A stretch of DNA of 64,000 nucleotides from Botryllus schlosseri (taxonomy: Eukaryota). The DNA is taken from NCBI GenBank assembly GCA_051294905.1, contig CM119380.1:3348001-3412000 (forward strand), written 5' to 3'. The notes beneath the pieces are model-generated. The model did not search any database. It saw only the letters and a list, made by a program, of their open reading frames with translations, and was not told the DNA's origin. Positions 49,256 to 62,300 of this stretch are shown piece by piece (the first letter of the stretch is position 1; each line of letters opens with the position of its first letter). A program made the translations under genes and the position numbers.

Positions 49256-50236
49256 GGGGAGAGGAGGCCAAGATGAGACACTTTTCTGATAATTCAAGGC
49301 CACTCAAAGAGTAATGCCTTCTAATTCAAGGCCACTCAAAGAGTAATGCCTTCTGAGGATTAATTTTGGTACCAATGGAAAGCCTGTGATCTCTACTTTC
49401 TATGACGATGGCTTTAGTTATATTGAACAATATACTGATGGATTTCTTGGCCCTCAAAAATCCTTGCTTAAATGTCTCAACTTACCCCCAGCTGAGGGTA
49501 AGATGAGACACACTGTGTTTAAGATGAGACACCATGCAATTCATGCTCATTACACCACCAATTCATCCCAAATGATGAATCAACCAGCAACATTGCGAAT
49601 AAAATATAATAATCATGAAATAATTCATTTTTAAAAAGTTTTAAAAAGAATTGGTACATCATATACAAATATAAATGACATCGAAAACCAATTAACCATG
49701 AGATCCAGCAACATTAAGAGTTTCGTTATTATTTTGTTCTGTAATGTCACATCTGGTAAACTACTAGACAAATAATACATTTTATGTGCCTTCAACAGTA
49801 ATTTTTTAATCTTCCGAGGCCTTCAATAGAAAAGCCCTCTGATACCCATGTCTCATATTACCCCCATGATTTTGTCTCATCTTACCCCACACCTAAATTT
49901 ACATATGAATTTGAATAAAAAAAATTCTGTCCTATACTTTTCAGAGGTAAGCGCATGATTACACTGCTAATATTGCACTCAACCAGCTCCAGCATTCTTG
50001 TTTTATAATATTAAGTACTAAGATAGGTATGCCCTTACAAACATGAATTCACATAACTGACATAGGCTATGAAAATATAGTTTTTGGCATTTTCTGCCCA
50101 ACCTCAAATCTGTTTGCCTTGTTAATATGGTAGGACTATGGAATGGCATTATGGGAACAACATAGTTGAAGGAATCTGTCCATCAGTAATTTTTTCTGTG
50201 AAAAAATTGCATGTCTGATCTTGGCCTCCTCTCCCC
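49256..50236. mobile_element. Tc1/mariner-pogo-type MITE
   Basis: TIR GGGGAGAGGAGGCCAAGAT / ATCTTGGCCTCCTCTCCCC, TA on both sides; GGTAAGATGAGACA subterminal repeats. Confidence 0.85.
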
Positions 50237-51395
50237 TATATATCTCTTTGTTGATTATCTACTACGTCATACACCTATACTACAACTCCTTCACTTGATT
50301 ACATCTTACATTTTATCCACTACTTTTCCAGATTTTATGTTACATTATATCTACCCAAAATACCAATCTTTGGATTTTTGTCGGTAGGGTTAAGCCCGCC
50401 TATGACAGCTTACGGAGGAAGATCATTTGACTAAAACACCAAATGTCTTGTTTACCGCTATATTTTAACGACATATCTACAAATAAAACTCCAACAAAAA
50501 CTTTGGTTGATCCATCGCGCTTTCTATATACTGCGCCTTTGCGGGCGCAGCTCGTTGTCTTTGTAGCAATACGATGAATTGTGTTATTAATGGTGAGGCT
50601 TGGCCCGTCTGCGTCTTACCTCTCGTTACGAGCTTTATTTTCGAAGAGTAAATACCAGTTTTACTGAGAAAAATATGAAATCCTGTGTATCGTGAGTTCG
50701 AATTAGTGCTACCATGATGTCACAAGTTTTCAATTGTGACGTGACAGTTAATTGTCATGTATGGGTCTTTGGGAATTGAGATGGAAAAATAGCGCCAATA
50801 TAGCTCTTCGAACAAAAAAGGTTCCCGACCGATATTTCTCCCAACCTTGATCGACTTTTACTTTTGATTCGTTTGTCAGGAACTGTTCCTGATTATTGAA
50901 TAAAGAAGGAACTTCTACTGTGCACAAAAATTTGTCAACCAAGGGATCGTTGTTCGGCTTATCCAACTCTATGACCATGTCAATCTATCAGTTTATGCCA
51001 TAAACCGACCATACAAATTGGTTTTGACGAAGTCCACTGTGCTTTTCCGTGTCTTCGTTCAACTCAACTCCTAATGCATACTGTTCGACTTGGCTGACAC
51101 GTTTTGCTTCTAGCTGTGTTAATGACAATGGCCCAAAATTATGAAAAGCTTGAGTAACTTTGACTGTGGCACCGAGCTGAAATCGAGATTCCAGAAAAGA
51201 TTTTGCAGTATGCAATTCGTGCTTTGGGCAATTTTATAAATTTAATTTTTTCAAGATTTCGCACGCAATTAGACATCATTCCTTCCACATTCGAAATCTG
51301 ATCATTCAGTGGGTGTCTCAGACTTTTTCCATTGTTGTAGCTCGTTTCATAGTGCTACCAACTCCATTACATAGTGATTTACCATGGCTGGAGAC

Positions 51396-52357
51396 CAGTG
51401 TTGGGATGACTCGAGTCATGACTTGACTCGAGTCAGACTCGAGTCACCTTTTTCGTATGACTTGACTTGACTCGAGTCACTTTGCTAAAATGACTTGACT
51501 TGACTTGACTCGTCGATTCAGAAATGTGGATTGACTCGTGACTCGGAGCAAAATTCACAAGTCAATTTCAAGTCATCAAGTAATCGGTGTTGATAAAAAT
51601 GACTGTATCTTGCATATCTTCGGATTGTTCGCGAAACGCTGGTGTAACCCGTGAGAGCGACCAATCATTCAATGATCGTGCGTTTTACTGAGCCTCCATT
51701 GTTATCTCACAAATAAATTGACCAAGAACGAAGTTATCGAAGCTTTCAGCTTACGTTGTCGTGAACTAGTATAGTGAAGTAATTTAATAGCAAAATGTCT
51801 ATTTTTGTTCTCTGTTCTTACCTTAACCAAGCGTCTTGTTTTATTAATTGAATTCGAATATAGGTTATATAGTCCTCAGTCATTGGAGCAGGCTTGAATT
51901 GTATCATATCAATTTTTAAATGGGTATTGTATTGCATCTTATCAATTCGTTTCTATATATTCTCTATTTCGGCTGGTAACTATAAACTGAGGCTATGCAA
52001 TTAGCAGTTTTACGTATATGTGAGCGATACAATGCCTTCTTGCGTGTATATTCAACCCTATATTCGTTCATCTGTTCAAAATCGATGACGACGCAATCGG
52101 TATTTCAGACAGCTAGCAAAATGCAATGACGTAATCATACCTCATACTTCGAAAAGGCAGTTTGACTTGAATTGTGACTTGACTCGTGACTTGACTTGAC
52201 TTGACTCGACTTGACTCGAGTCACCTCCAAAAATCGAGTGACTTGACTTGACTCGAGTCACCTTCGAAAATCGATTGACTTGACTTGACTCGAGTCAAAA
52301 TGTGCAATGACTCGAAATGACTCGTGACTCGAAGGTAGTGACTTGATCCCAACACTG
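51396..52357. mobile_element. hAT MITE with GACTT/GACTCGAGTC repeats
   Basis: TIR CAGTGTTGGGAT / ATCCCAACACTG; perfect TSD CTGGAGAC. Confidence 0.94.
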
Positions 52358-54033
52358 CTGGAGACCAAAAAAGGTCCACGCAGCATCCACTCCGAAGTAA
52401 TCTTTTTTATTCTTGCACAAATTGTAAAATGATCTTCTGTGTTCGCACTGCGCAGCACATGGCTAAAATATTCAACATCGTTCAAATTGGGATAGTTTTG
52501 AGAACTTGAATTGTTTTACGCTAAATCAAATATACCATGACTGCATCGTGCAGCAACTATTCGGATAGAAAACAAAGACTAAAATGTGAAATTTCATTTG
52601 CTTGCAGACTTGTATTAGCAAACTACACTACTGGGTTCGTAGTGTATTGGTGGATGGTGGGTCCAATGATACCCCTGTATGTGGAAAGAGTAATTTTCTG
52701 CAAAATCCATTAATACCAGAGCTGTTTGATGATCCATACCTTGTTTTCGGTTTTTCAAATACAAAGACTGAATGCGAAACGTGATATTAAATCTGCAAGC
52801 TTTTTAAATGTTCATTGGATAAATTCGGTTACTGATAAGGTCCGAGTTATAAGATATGTTCGGTGAACTGACGCCCACTGTTTGAAATGAATGAGTGCTC
52901 TTCAAATTTGGAGTTGAGCAACTCTTGAACTGGTTCAAATCCCGGACAATTGAGGGGAGCTCGAAGGGGCGCAAATTTCATTGGTCGTTTGTGGACCACG
53001 GGAAAAGAACGCCGGGAAAGCCCTGCTGAGTCCAGATGGACCTATGATTTCGCCCTCCTACCATTGCCTATTGACTTGCAGCGCCACTCACAACCAAGAA
53101 CATACAACTATCCGCAACAGGTGTAAAATAATAGCAAATCGTTAAAAAGTTAAGCTCTTCAAGTATACCAGTATCAGTGGCAGTTACCTGCTGACCCAAG
53201 TCAGATATGCCATAATCAGAACTTGAGCACGTAGTCCTGTGATTCAATGCATTTATCTCTGTAGATCTATGGTGTGTGTTTCATTATTCGACACACCGGA
53301 GCCACTACAGTACAGCCTAAACCAGGCAACACATCACATCCGTAACAATAGCAGGGTGAGCTTATCCTCAACCACGACCTGGTTTGACTGAATGGCATCT
53401 ACGGTTGAAAAATTAAATGCATATCAATCTAGAACGGCATAAGGTGGCCAATTTGTAACCTATCCATGAATGTATCTTCACGCTTTTAGTCAAATGACTA
53501 GAAAATTCTTATGGCTCCGTATAATCATAAATACAATCATGGTTAGTTTGAAGCTGTAATCAAGATATCTGCGCCGTATCCTTACATAATAGCCTCATCA
53601 CTAAAATAGTCAATTAGCTTTGTACTGATCGTTGTCTTGGAATGAGACATGTACAATAACCATCTTGATCCATTTGGGATTTTCTTCTTCGAAAGATGTA
53701 ATCTATTCTGAGAGCTTTGTTGATATTTCTTTGAATGACAGAAATTTATTGAATGCAGAGCTTGCATATTAGTCAACTACCATAACGGAGATGCAGAATT
53801 GCCTGCATTCTTTGGAGGCTCCAACACATTGATTGCATGCAGGTTGTAACCTTTTTCCGCAAACCGGCCAAATGATTTATATCATTTTCCTCAAACCCAC
53901 AAAATAATTTATATCATTTACAAATATTTTTGGTGATGTGTTTGACGCATGACTGTGCCCAATGGTAATATATGCAGATGTTCAATCTTTTTGCAATAAG
54001 CTGGAACTCGCATGTCCTCAGGTCTCACTAACC

Positions 54034-55544
54034 CAGTGGTTCCCAACCGGGGAGGAATTACCCCCTCGGGGGGAATTTTGGAATTTTGAGGGAGGAATTT
54101 CACTTTAGAATTGTAACGGATTTCCCAAAATGTTCATGTCCGAACTGCTGAAAGTATGTTCAAATGCTATTTGAAATCTCTTTCTCCCATACAAGTTCGC
54201 CCTTGTTTTTTTTTTAACTAGTTCAGATGTGCTGCAGTTCGCAAGACAATTTTGCAGGCCAGAGACGGCCTCTCAATCAAATATATTCTAAGCGAGCAAA
54301 CGTCGTGCCGAATCTATCACAACAAGGCCTCTAACGAAAGTATATATCTTATATTTTCATAACGTCATCGATTCAAGTCAAAGAGATCCGCTAGCCTTGC
54401 TTTATTTTTAGTGAACAGCTACTCGATCGAAAAAAATGCATGTTAAACTTGGTGCAATGTTGCCGAAACCGAATGAGTGTCCTAAATTTCAATGAGCTCA
54501 AGCAGGAAATCTGGTCACGTGTATGTTATATATCACGGTATATATCAGGGCTGTAACCAAGTCACGAGGCTCCGAGAGTCACAAGTCAATTTCACGTTCA
54601 TAGTTTTGACTCGAGTCAAGTCGAGTCATTTTCAATTCACCATTGAGTCAAGTCCGACGGTCCAAGTCCCCGAGCATAGGGTCGAGTCCGAGTTATGGTA
54701 TTATGACTGGAGTCCGAGTCCAATTCCTTGTGTTGACTGCTCAGTTTCCAGTTCAAGTCTTGTTAAACTCACTTTTTATAACTCTGTTTGGTGATATTGA
54801 ATGATTTTGATTTATCATATACTTATTTTTCTCACTTTGAGCAGTTTATTATGGCATTCTCAAGCACCAGGACCAATAGACGAAATTCCAATAGGAAGGC
54901 CACTTTACTGTTCTTCGAAATTACAATGAAATGTATGTCTTAGCAGTCTTATAGTCACGAGTCATATGGCTTGGTTCGAGTCATGTAGGCCTACAATGAC
55001 TCCAAGTCGAGTCAATACACAGATTGTCTCTAGTCGAGTCGAGTTGTTTCCCTATTTTGAGAAAATGACTCGAGTCAAGTCGAGTCATCAGAAAGTGCTG
55101 ACTCAAGTCCGACTCGAGTGTGGTCAATCCTGCTAGATATGAAAATACCAATATTATTGGCCAAATGCATACGCACACTTGAGAAAAAAAATCGCGAGAC
55201 CTGCAAATTTATGCATACTGATTTTTCACAGCAGTTATATTAGCGATTGGTGCATGATAAGCCGAAAACACAAATGGAAGTATATATGGGGGTCTGTTGA
55301 GTCAAGCCTTCCAGAATTTGTTTGATTGGGACCAAGACCATTGTTTTTGGAGGTCTAAAAAGTATTGTTACAGCCCTGCTAGAAACAGACACTCCGTACC
55401 TCCGGTCTTATTCTTCGGTCAACAGGTGATTGCGCGGTAAAAAATGACCTTTATTAATCATCGGGCAGATTTCTCCTAAGGGGGGAATTTTGGCTCAAAT
55501 TTCGGCCAAGGGAGGCACGAGATGAAAAAGGTTGGGAACCACTG
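54034..55544. mobile_element. hAT Charlie-type MITE with nested GACTCGAGTC MITE (~54546-55132)
   Basis: TIR CAGTGGTTCCCAACC / GGTTGGGAACCACTG; perfect TSD CACTAACC. Inner element flanks GTATATAT / CTAGATAT match 6 of 8. Confidence 0.92.
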
Positions 55545-56619
55545 CACTAACCGGCATGTACGATATTGATGATATATGTCTACGGAATTTGCGACGGCGT
55601 GATCAAAATAAATGTCAGAGTGTTAATCATGACGGCAAGCTGATGATTTCTGTCTGGATTTACTACTATTCGCCAATTGTTGAAGGGTCCGATTAATCTC
55701 TTGCACGGCCATCATGATATTGTGAATTTTTTAGAATTTGTATTTGTATTGCCCCAAGAGTCGGCAAGTGAATGTGTGAGAGTATCTATCTCTATGAACC
55801 GTACACTCATAGTGAGATTACGCGTTGAAAACAATTCCCATCCATTCGTGCAGATATTGATTGATATTCATTAAAAACAATGGAATCGTATTTTCGAGAA
55901 TCTTCATTGCACAAGGTTAACCGAAGTGCCATCGAGTTCCGAAGAAGATTAGAGCTAAATTGACAACGACGGCCAAGCCTGGCAAATCTGCAATATATAA
56001 ACTGTGGTGTAGGTTGAGGAAAATCAGTTGGGAACAGTTTAATAACCTGCTCCGCGTCTACTCTATCTCCACTCCATTCTGCTGCCTTCAATTTCTGTTA
56101 GACTAGAAGTCTTGTAATTTGTTATATACTAGAAATTTTTCAATCTTCAAATGGAAGTATATCATCTTTAGCCTACGCTCGTCTTTTCTTAATTCACTCT
56201 CCTTCTCCATCATTTTGTTCTCTCTTAACCTCAGCTCGTACAGCCACATCTCTTTCTTCATTTTTTTCTTTCATGTATTCAGTCTTTAACAAATGAAATT
56301 CAATTAAACTCTCGTCTAAAAAAATACAAGTTCGTTGTTCAAAACTGAGCCGCATCCACTCACCATGGCAATTGGAACTGCAGCTGTGGTTCATGTTGAA
56401 ACTCTGCCTTCCATGTTCATATTGTTCATTGTCATCCCGTTTATTAATTATGCAATGACTACTGTATCAGATGTATAATTACCGATGACTCACAGGACGT
56501 TATGCCGTCGTCGTCGAATGGATTGCCGATATCTTGAATTTGACCCGAGACGACTGCTATGAAACAAATTTTCATTTCAATCTGCCATTCAAATCCTGTA
56601 ATCCAAAACATACATGACA

Positions 56620-56942
56620 CCCCCTCACCAAAAGGGGGTCCATTTCAACTTCAATCGGCGCTCTTTCTTGAGGTACGCGGTATCAGCCTTCGAACGGTCT
56701 TTCATGTTCTGCCATCGCTTTTCAAGCACTTGACTGTTCTCTGGCAGCTGATGCCGACAGCAGTCAACTCGGGAGCCAGCTCCCATTCGCGGTCTTTGGC
56801 CGCTGTACAGACCTTGTCCGTTTTTTATTCTCTAAAATCGGGTTCTGCTTAACCAGCTCCAACAGCAGAGCTTCATCTTTTGGAAGGGAGTTTTAGGCTC
56901 TCTTTTCACGTTTTTGTCGAGACTTACTTCGTTTGTGGCCAT
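56620..56942 (-). pseudogene. Myb/SANT-like (Myb_DNA-bind_5 type) DNA-binding gene remnant, typical transposon accessory ORF
   Basis: MATNE..KDEALLLELVKQNPILENKK..K.REW..RTVKCLKKRWQNMK, frameshifted. Confidence 0.75.
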
Positions 56943-57117
56943 TGTTATATCTGTCACAAAAGCTCCAATTGCCTTGATTTCTATATAAAAGTTTATCCAG
57001 TGCATGCATATAAAGTTTGATAATGATGAAGCAACAGCATGAATTTCACACAGTTCGTATACGTTGACGGGCGTGTAAATATCCGTACTTCCCCCGGCAG
57101 AATCCTCACCTCATCAG

Positions 57118-57397
57118 CAGAGATGGCCACAGTCCGGTTCAGGAGCCGGAGCCGGAGCAGGATTTCAATGATTTTTTACCTGGCCGGACTGGATCCGGAT
57201 TTTGAATTTGGGGTGACAGTCGGATTTTAACCGGATTTTTCTGCTGCAATATGATTGGTTAGCATTGTTCTGGCAGGATTTTTTCGCATTCCGAACTGGA
57301 CATTTACCAGCCGGATTTTTCCGGACTCTGAATTTCCAATTGCCAGCCGGATCCGGATAGATTCGGATCCCGTAATTTTGGAATCCGCCCATCTCAG
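57118..57397. mobile_element. hAT MITE with CCGGA repeats
   Basis: Termini CAGAGATGG / CCATCTCAG; TCATCAG duplicated on both flanks. Confidence 0.8.
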
Positions 57398-58286
57398 TCA
57401 TCAGTCAGCACAGCGACTTCCGCCGCGGGTTATCCGTGCCAAGGTTACGGCCGTCGATTGGCGGCTCGACTGTGAAAGTTGTCACTCAAGTCTGGTGGTG
57501 CGCTGACTTACATTTCAGTGATGAGCTGAAGGGATTTGAATGTGAGTATACTTCTTGAGAACTGATTTTGTTGCTTGAATATAGAATCGCTACTCGGCAG
57601 AGGAATTAGGCTCCACTCTTTGCATAGTATGCGGCCTTTCTGTCATCGCAAAAATTTTTATTTAGCTTCGTAATAGGAGTTCTTGGCAGTCTTTTCCCGC
57701 CTGACAATTGTCAATAATTCACTACGCATTTCTGACTTCCCACATTCTTCGGTGATGCAAGCGAAAACGAAGTTGCCCTGAATTCTATATCGCTCATACA
57801 TAGTCAGGCCATGTTATTTTGCCATTTCAGGAGCCAGATGCCAAAACTGCCAAAAATAAAAATTTGAAAATGTCAAAATTAAGCAATTGTTGGCATATGC
57901 CAAAATAACACGTCCTGCCAAATAGTGTATTTCGTTCATGGTGTTGTGTTAACAGGGCCGCGTTACAAGCGAGAAGAGCGTTTGTGAAAGGCAGGTTTCT
58001 TAATCTGGGTCCAGCCCACCCATTGGGGTGAAAGCATGGTGTGGGCACAGCGAGATTGAACGACTGACAGCATTTGGTTTACGTCATACTTTCCATTTGT
58101 CCAAAGGCAATTTTACGACCATTTTTGACCGGCTTGTTGAGCGCTAAATTTGATGAAGCGGGTATCAATGAGAAGCTGCCACAGTACTGATTATCAAAAT
58201 ATAAATTATATTCTGCTCATGGAACTGGAACCCCTAAAATTAACCACGATTTTTGCACTGTGATCGAGTTGAAAATTGTGACGCAA

Positions 58287-58330
58287 CCCAGCAAACACAA
58301 AACCGTAAAAAACCTTTCGGGATGGTTTCG
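58287..58330 (+). mobile_element. Orphan left end of the same CMC/EnSpm family as 37857
   Basis: CCCAGCAAACACAAAACCGTAAAA identical to 37857-37880. Confidence 0.7.
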
Positions 58331-59589
58331 AAAGGTTATTTTAGGGTTAGGGTTTCGATTTTTATGTTTCAGAAGTATGTTTAAAATACGCAGGAATGAT
58401 GATCTCGAGGATCAAATTATTAGGAATGAATTCCAATTTGGTGGTAAGTATTCTGATGTGGGAAGTTATTTGGAACCTGTAGATACCGTTGCACTTTGAT
58501 AGAGTGCTGTCATCAGTATAAATTCGTTTCTCGTCTGTTTCGCTAGCTGAACATGAATCCAAGTTTTATTCCGAGTAAATATAACTAAATGAGTCGAATG
58601 GGTGCACTTAATTGTACGTGGTTATCCGAGCGTGACTACTAGATTATTCTGGAAATTTGAATCGCGCTTCGTAAGCCGGATAACTGTTTCGGAATGTGGT
58701 TGTAGTTATTTCTGGAAGGTGGAATTGCGACTGGTGCGGCGGGATGTGGGTAAACACTAGGTGTACGGTACATAGTTTAGCGAGTAATATGCTATTTTGA
58801 AACAATACCCTATGGCCTATAGTTTATGACTCCGAGAGCTGTTTGATATGACTCCGAGAGCTGTTTGACTTGCTGCTATCAGTTCGAAAATTACGTCTAT
58901 TTTGTTTCGCTTGTTGCGGTGGCTGTAATAATAATAATACAAGCGTTTTCAGCTATTTATAACATTATAATGTAGCATGTTATCAGACCACTAAGCCTGA
59001 ATATCCCTAATTTTTTATTACTGTCGTCGGTGAAGAAAATTACTGTACTCTCAGTATAGTGGTGAGTGACCTGTTGACCGTACCGGACTGCATCCTATAT
59101 GAGTTGCTCAATGGCTTGATTGATCGCTTGCAGTTATCCACGTAAGTTTCTAAAATTATGCTTATTTGAGTAAATTCTCGACAGGAGATTATATGACACA
59201 GCCTACCTACTGGGTATATAATCTTAGCGCTGGCGACCAGCTATAACAACTAGTTTTTCACTGATTCCTAAAATACTGAATAAAATCTCGTCCGGGCACT
59301 AAAACCCCTAAAATCTCCCACAAAGTTGGAAATTTTCATTTTACTGAACAATAGGGGCGCCCGAGCTGAATGCCGATTAACACGTGGTACGGTACCGATT
59401 GTGACGCCATGCCATTGAGCGTCTCGGCGAAGTCAAGTAGTGCTCCCGGTGAGGCCGTGACCCTCTGCGTATGTTGCTAGAGATTGATGTGATGCCAATA
59501 TACGTCCCATTCAAGTAGTTTTCGTATTTGGCGTCGTTGCGCATTTATACAAATGATAGCACTGAAGCCAACGCATATTGTAGAATTTA

Positions 59590-60190
59590 CGGGTGGCCGT
59601 GGTGCCAACGCTCAAGCAAGACCGATTCCACAGCAATGGATTTTTGGAGGCGTGGACCTTACGATAAAGTTTGTATACATAAAATAGAAATCCAACGTCA
59701 GCAAAACTTGAAGTATATAATGTTTTATGCAGCCAATGCTTTATGCGATTCGTCGATCGCCGGGACGCAAGTACCTTGCTGCCACTCATTCGACGATATA
59801 TTGCTCCGGGCACCGAAATTTGGTCGGATGAATGGGAAGCGTATCGGGGCAAAACCGGTAAATGAAGTCTTATAAAGCGATAATGGTGAATAAAGCGATA
59901 ATGGTGAATGTTATCAAAACATTTACGTTTGCTTATCAGGAATGGGCAACGGCTACACGCATAAAACAGTCTGCCACAAACGCCTGTTTAAGACTCCTCA
60001 AGGTGTTCACACCAACAATATTGAGAGTCCTTGGCAAGACTGCAAACGGAAGTTTAAGCGAATGAATGGTACGATACGGGGTTTTGTACCGTCATATATC
60101 GATGAATAGATGTGGCGTCGGACCAGAGAAAAAAACATTACTTCTCGGACATTGTTAATGAATTTGCCAGACAATACCTAGTGGAAAATG
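59590..60190 (+). pseudogene. Decayed paralogue of the Merlin transposase (3' three exons)
   Basis: GRGANAQARPIPQQWIFGGVDLT|QCFMRFVDRRDASTLLP..WSDEW|HTNNIES; same intron positions as 30096-31254; TAG in place of W in DE*MW. Confidence 0.92.
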
Positions 60191-60431
60191 AGCACGTAAA
60201 CTGGCATTTCGCTTTAATTTCTTGAAATTTGACTGCTTAGAATTATCTCGTTGTCGAAGTCTGCCTGCAATTTCGTGATTTCGTTTTTCTTTTCAACATC
60301 TCGTTTCGTAGTAATTCGTTAATAAACGTGCTGCCATTGGCTATAGTTCGAGTCTTATCTACATTTATGTTTTGACCGGAAGTTGGAGTCAGGGCCATTC
60401 CATAATATGCGAGTGTCTGCACATATGTATT

Positions 60432-61964
60432 CCCAGCTAGGTATCCAGGTGGAATTTAAGTGGTTAGGTGGGATGGATAATCGGAATTGGTTAGTAACAT
60501 GTAACCCAAATCGAAACCAAGCGGGATTTCCATCCATGAAGATGCGTGGTTATACCATACCAATCCCAGGTAGGTTGCAACAAGTCTCTTCTCATTGTAT
60601 CTATCAATGAACTCCTGGGAGTTTTGCTTGATGAGTTTTTGATATCAAATCATGAGAAAACATGATGAAACATGAGAAATCCACTTATAGAGGAGATCAG
60701 ATTTCCCATATATCACCCACACAGGAACCAACATTATTTTCAATCAATGTTATTTGGTTTATTTCATTGAATAATGAAGGTGGTCTCGTACGTAGTAAGG
60801 TTTTCTAGCTATTATGCGATCCCTGTTAGTTGCTCGAACATCAAACATTAAAACCCATACATTGCTTTACTTCGTCAATGTGATTTGAACTATTTAAAAT
60901 TGACCGTTTGTCACACTGAAGTGAACTTAAATTTCCGCTGCTAGAGTACTGAATTCCTCAAAGCGTGCCTTATAGTGTTCTTGCGTAGATCCCATTACCT
61001 TTATCCCTTATCTGTATCTATTATTTTTAACTCAGGATTAATTTTACTCGTAAAATTTCTGTGATCAAATAATTGGAACTTGTGATTTTCGTCAATGAAC
61101 GCGGTTCGATTTTTCATATAGCTCCCACATGCGACCGAGTAGTTTCCGATGCCTCTTTTACATTTTCCTACAGCAAGGTTTGTTCATCTATATAGTGAAG
61201 TCATAATATCATCGGTATCCGATTCATTCATTTGCGATGATGGTCGCTGGGACACTTCCTAATTGAATTCCATCTCCATATGAATTGAATTCGGGTACTG
61301 GTGACGATGAGCGCCTAAGAATCGGGCGGCCTCGGTTCGACTCCCGTCGGAGGTTTGTCTGGGCTCCTCTTCTCCCGACATGAGACCCGAGAATGACTCG
61401 AAAGAATGCACTCGCAAGTTATGAAAATCGCTAGCACGGGCCGTGGCCTCGAGAATGATCAACATGTCAGTCTAAAAGACGGCAACTGCGCGTCGGTCGG
61501 CATCCTCCTATCTGTTCATTACATCGCATTGTCTTGTTCAGCTGAAACTACAACTCAACGATTGCACTGAAACAGTGATGACGGCCTCACCCATCGTAAA
61601 GGTTATTATATACTCAGATTGCCGTGTATATTGATTTGAGTGAGTGTTGGTAGCAGGTATGTACTGTACAGTATACAATGTTGAAGTTAACTAACGTGCA
61701 GGGTTTACCTAACATCGCCTTAGCACATGTCTACGTCGAATTCTCGGCCCACTTACACTGTCACTGCTATTGCCACTGCTACGAGGACCGGGGTCGTAAT
61801 ATTGTCTTCGCTACCAGCTCAGTGGGTTAGCTACATCGTCCCGCATAAAATACCTCTGTAAAATGGGGCCAAAAAGGCACGGGCCCGATTGGTTTCCCGA
61901 CCTGGTTACCACAATTCATCTCACCTTGATACCTTGTGGTACCCAAGTAGGCGTGCTACCTGGG
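60432..61964. mobile_element. CMC/EnSpm-type insertion into the first satellite unit of the second Merlin
   Basis: Ends CCCAGCTAG / CTACCTGGG; TT TSD; removal restores the unit ..CACATATGTA-TT-GTGGCTG.. Confidence 0.75.
61290..61400 (+). other. Possible tRNA-derived SINE fragment (B-box GGTTCGACTCC); inverted homologue at ~32630-32690
   Basis: CGGTTCGACTCCCGTCG..GTTTGTCTGGGCTCCTCTT matches the reverse complement of 32638-32685; no clear A-box. Confidence 0.4.
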
Positions 61965-62300
61965 TTGTGGCTGAAAAGTACGATTGATATCATGCCCGAC
62001 TATGCGAGTGTCTGCACATACGTATTGTGGCTGGAAACTACACTTGGTATCATACTCGACGATGCGAGAGTATTTATATCAGTATCTTGGCCGCAAAGTA
62101 CATTATACACCATACCCGACTATGCGAGTGTCTGCACATAAGTATTGTGGCTGGAAAGCACACTAGGTATTATACTCGACGATGCGAGAGTATCTACATT
62201 AGTATCTTGGCCGCAAAGTACATTAGATACCATACCCGACTATGCAGGTGTCTTCACATAAGTACTGTGGCTGGAAAGTACACTTGGTATCATACATGGC
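61965..62300 (+). repeat. Diverged Merlin 60-bp repeats arranged as a 120-bp dimer
   Basis: Alternating units CCGACTATGCGAGTGTCTGCACATA..GTGGCTGGAAA and CTCGACGATGCGAGAG..TCTTGGCCGCAAAGTAC. Confidence 0.88.

Larger units (their letters stand above)
50800..56400 (-). pseudogene. Chapaev-like (CMC) transposase remnant split by two MITEs
   Basis: SLCFLSE*LLHDAVMVY, VEYFS..CAAQ...FYNL, FGVDAAWTFF|SHGKSLCNGVGSTMKR (joined across MITE), LESRFQLGATVKVTQAFHNFGP. The 5' boundary is approximate. Confidence 0.7.

Noticed and set aside
61290-61360. tRNA gene
   Set aside because: Only a T-loop/B-box-like motif; no cloverleaf or acceptor stem could be built.
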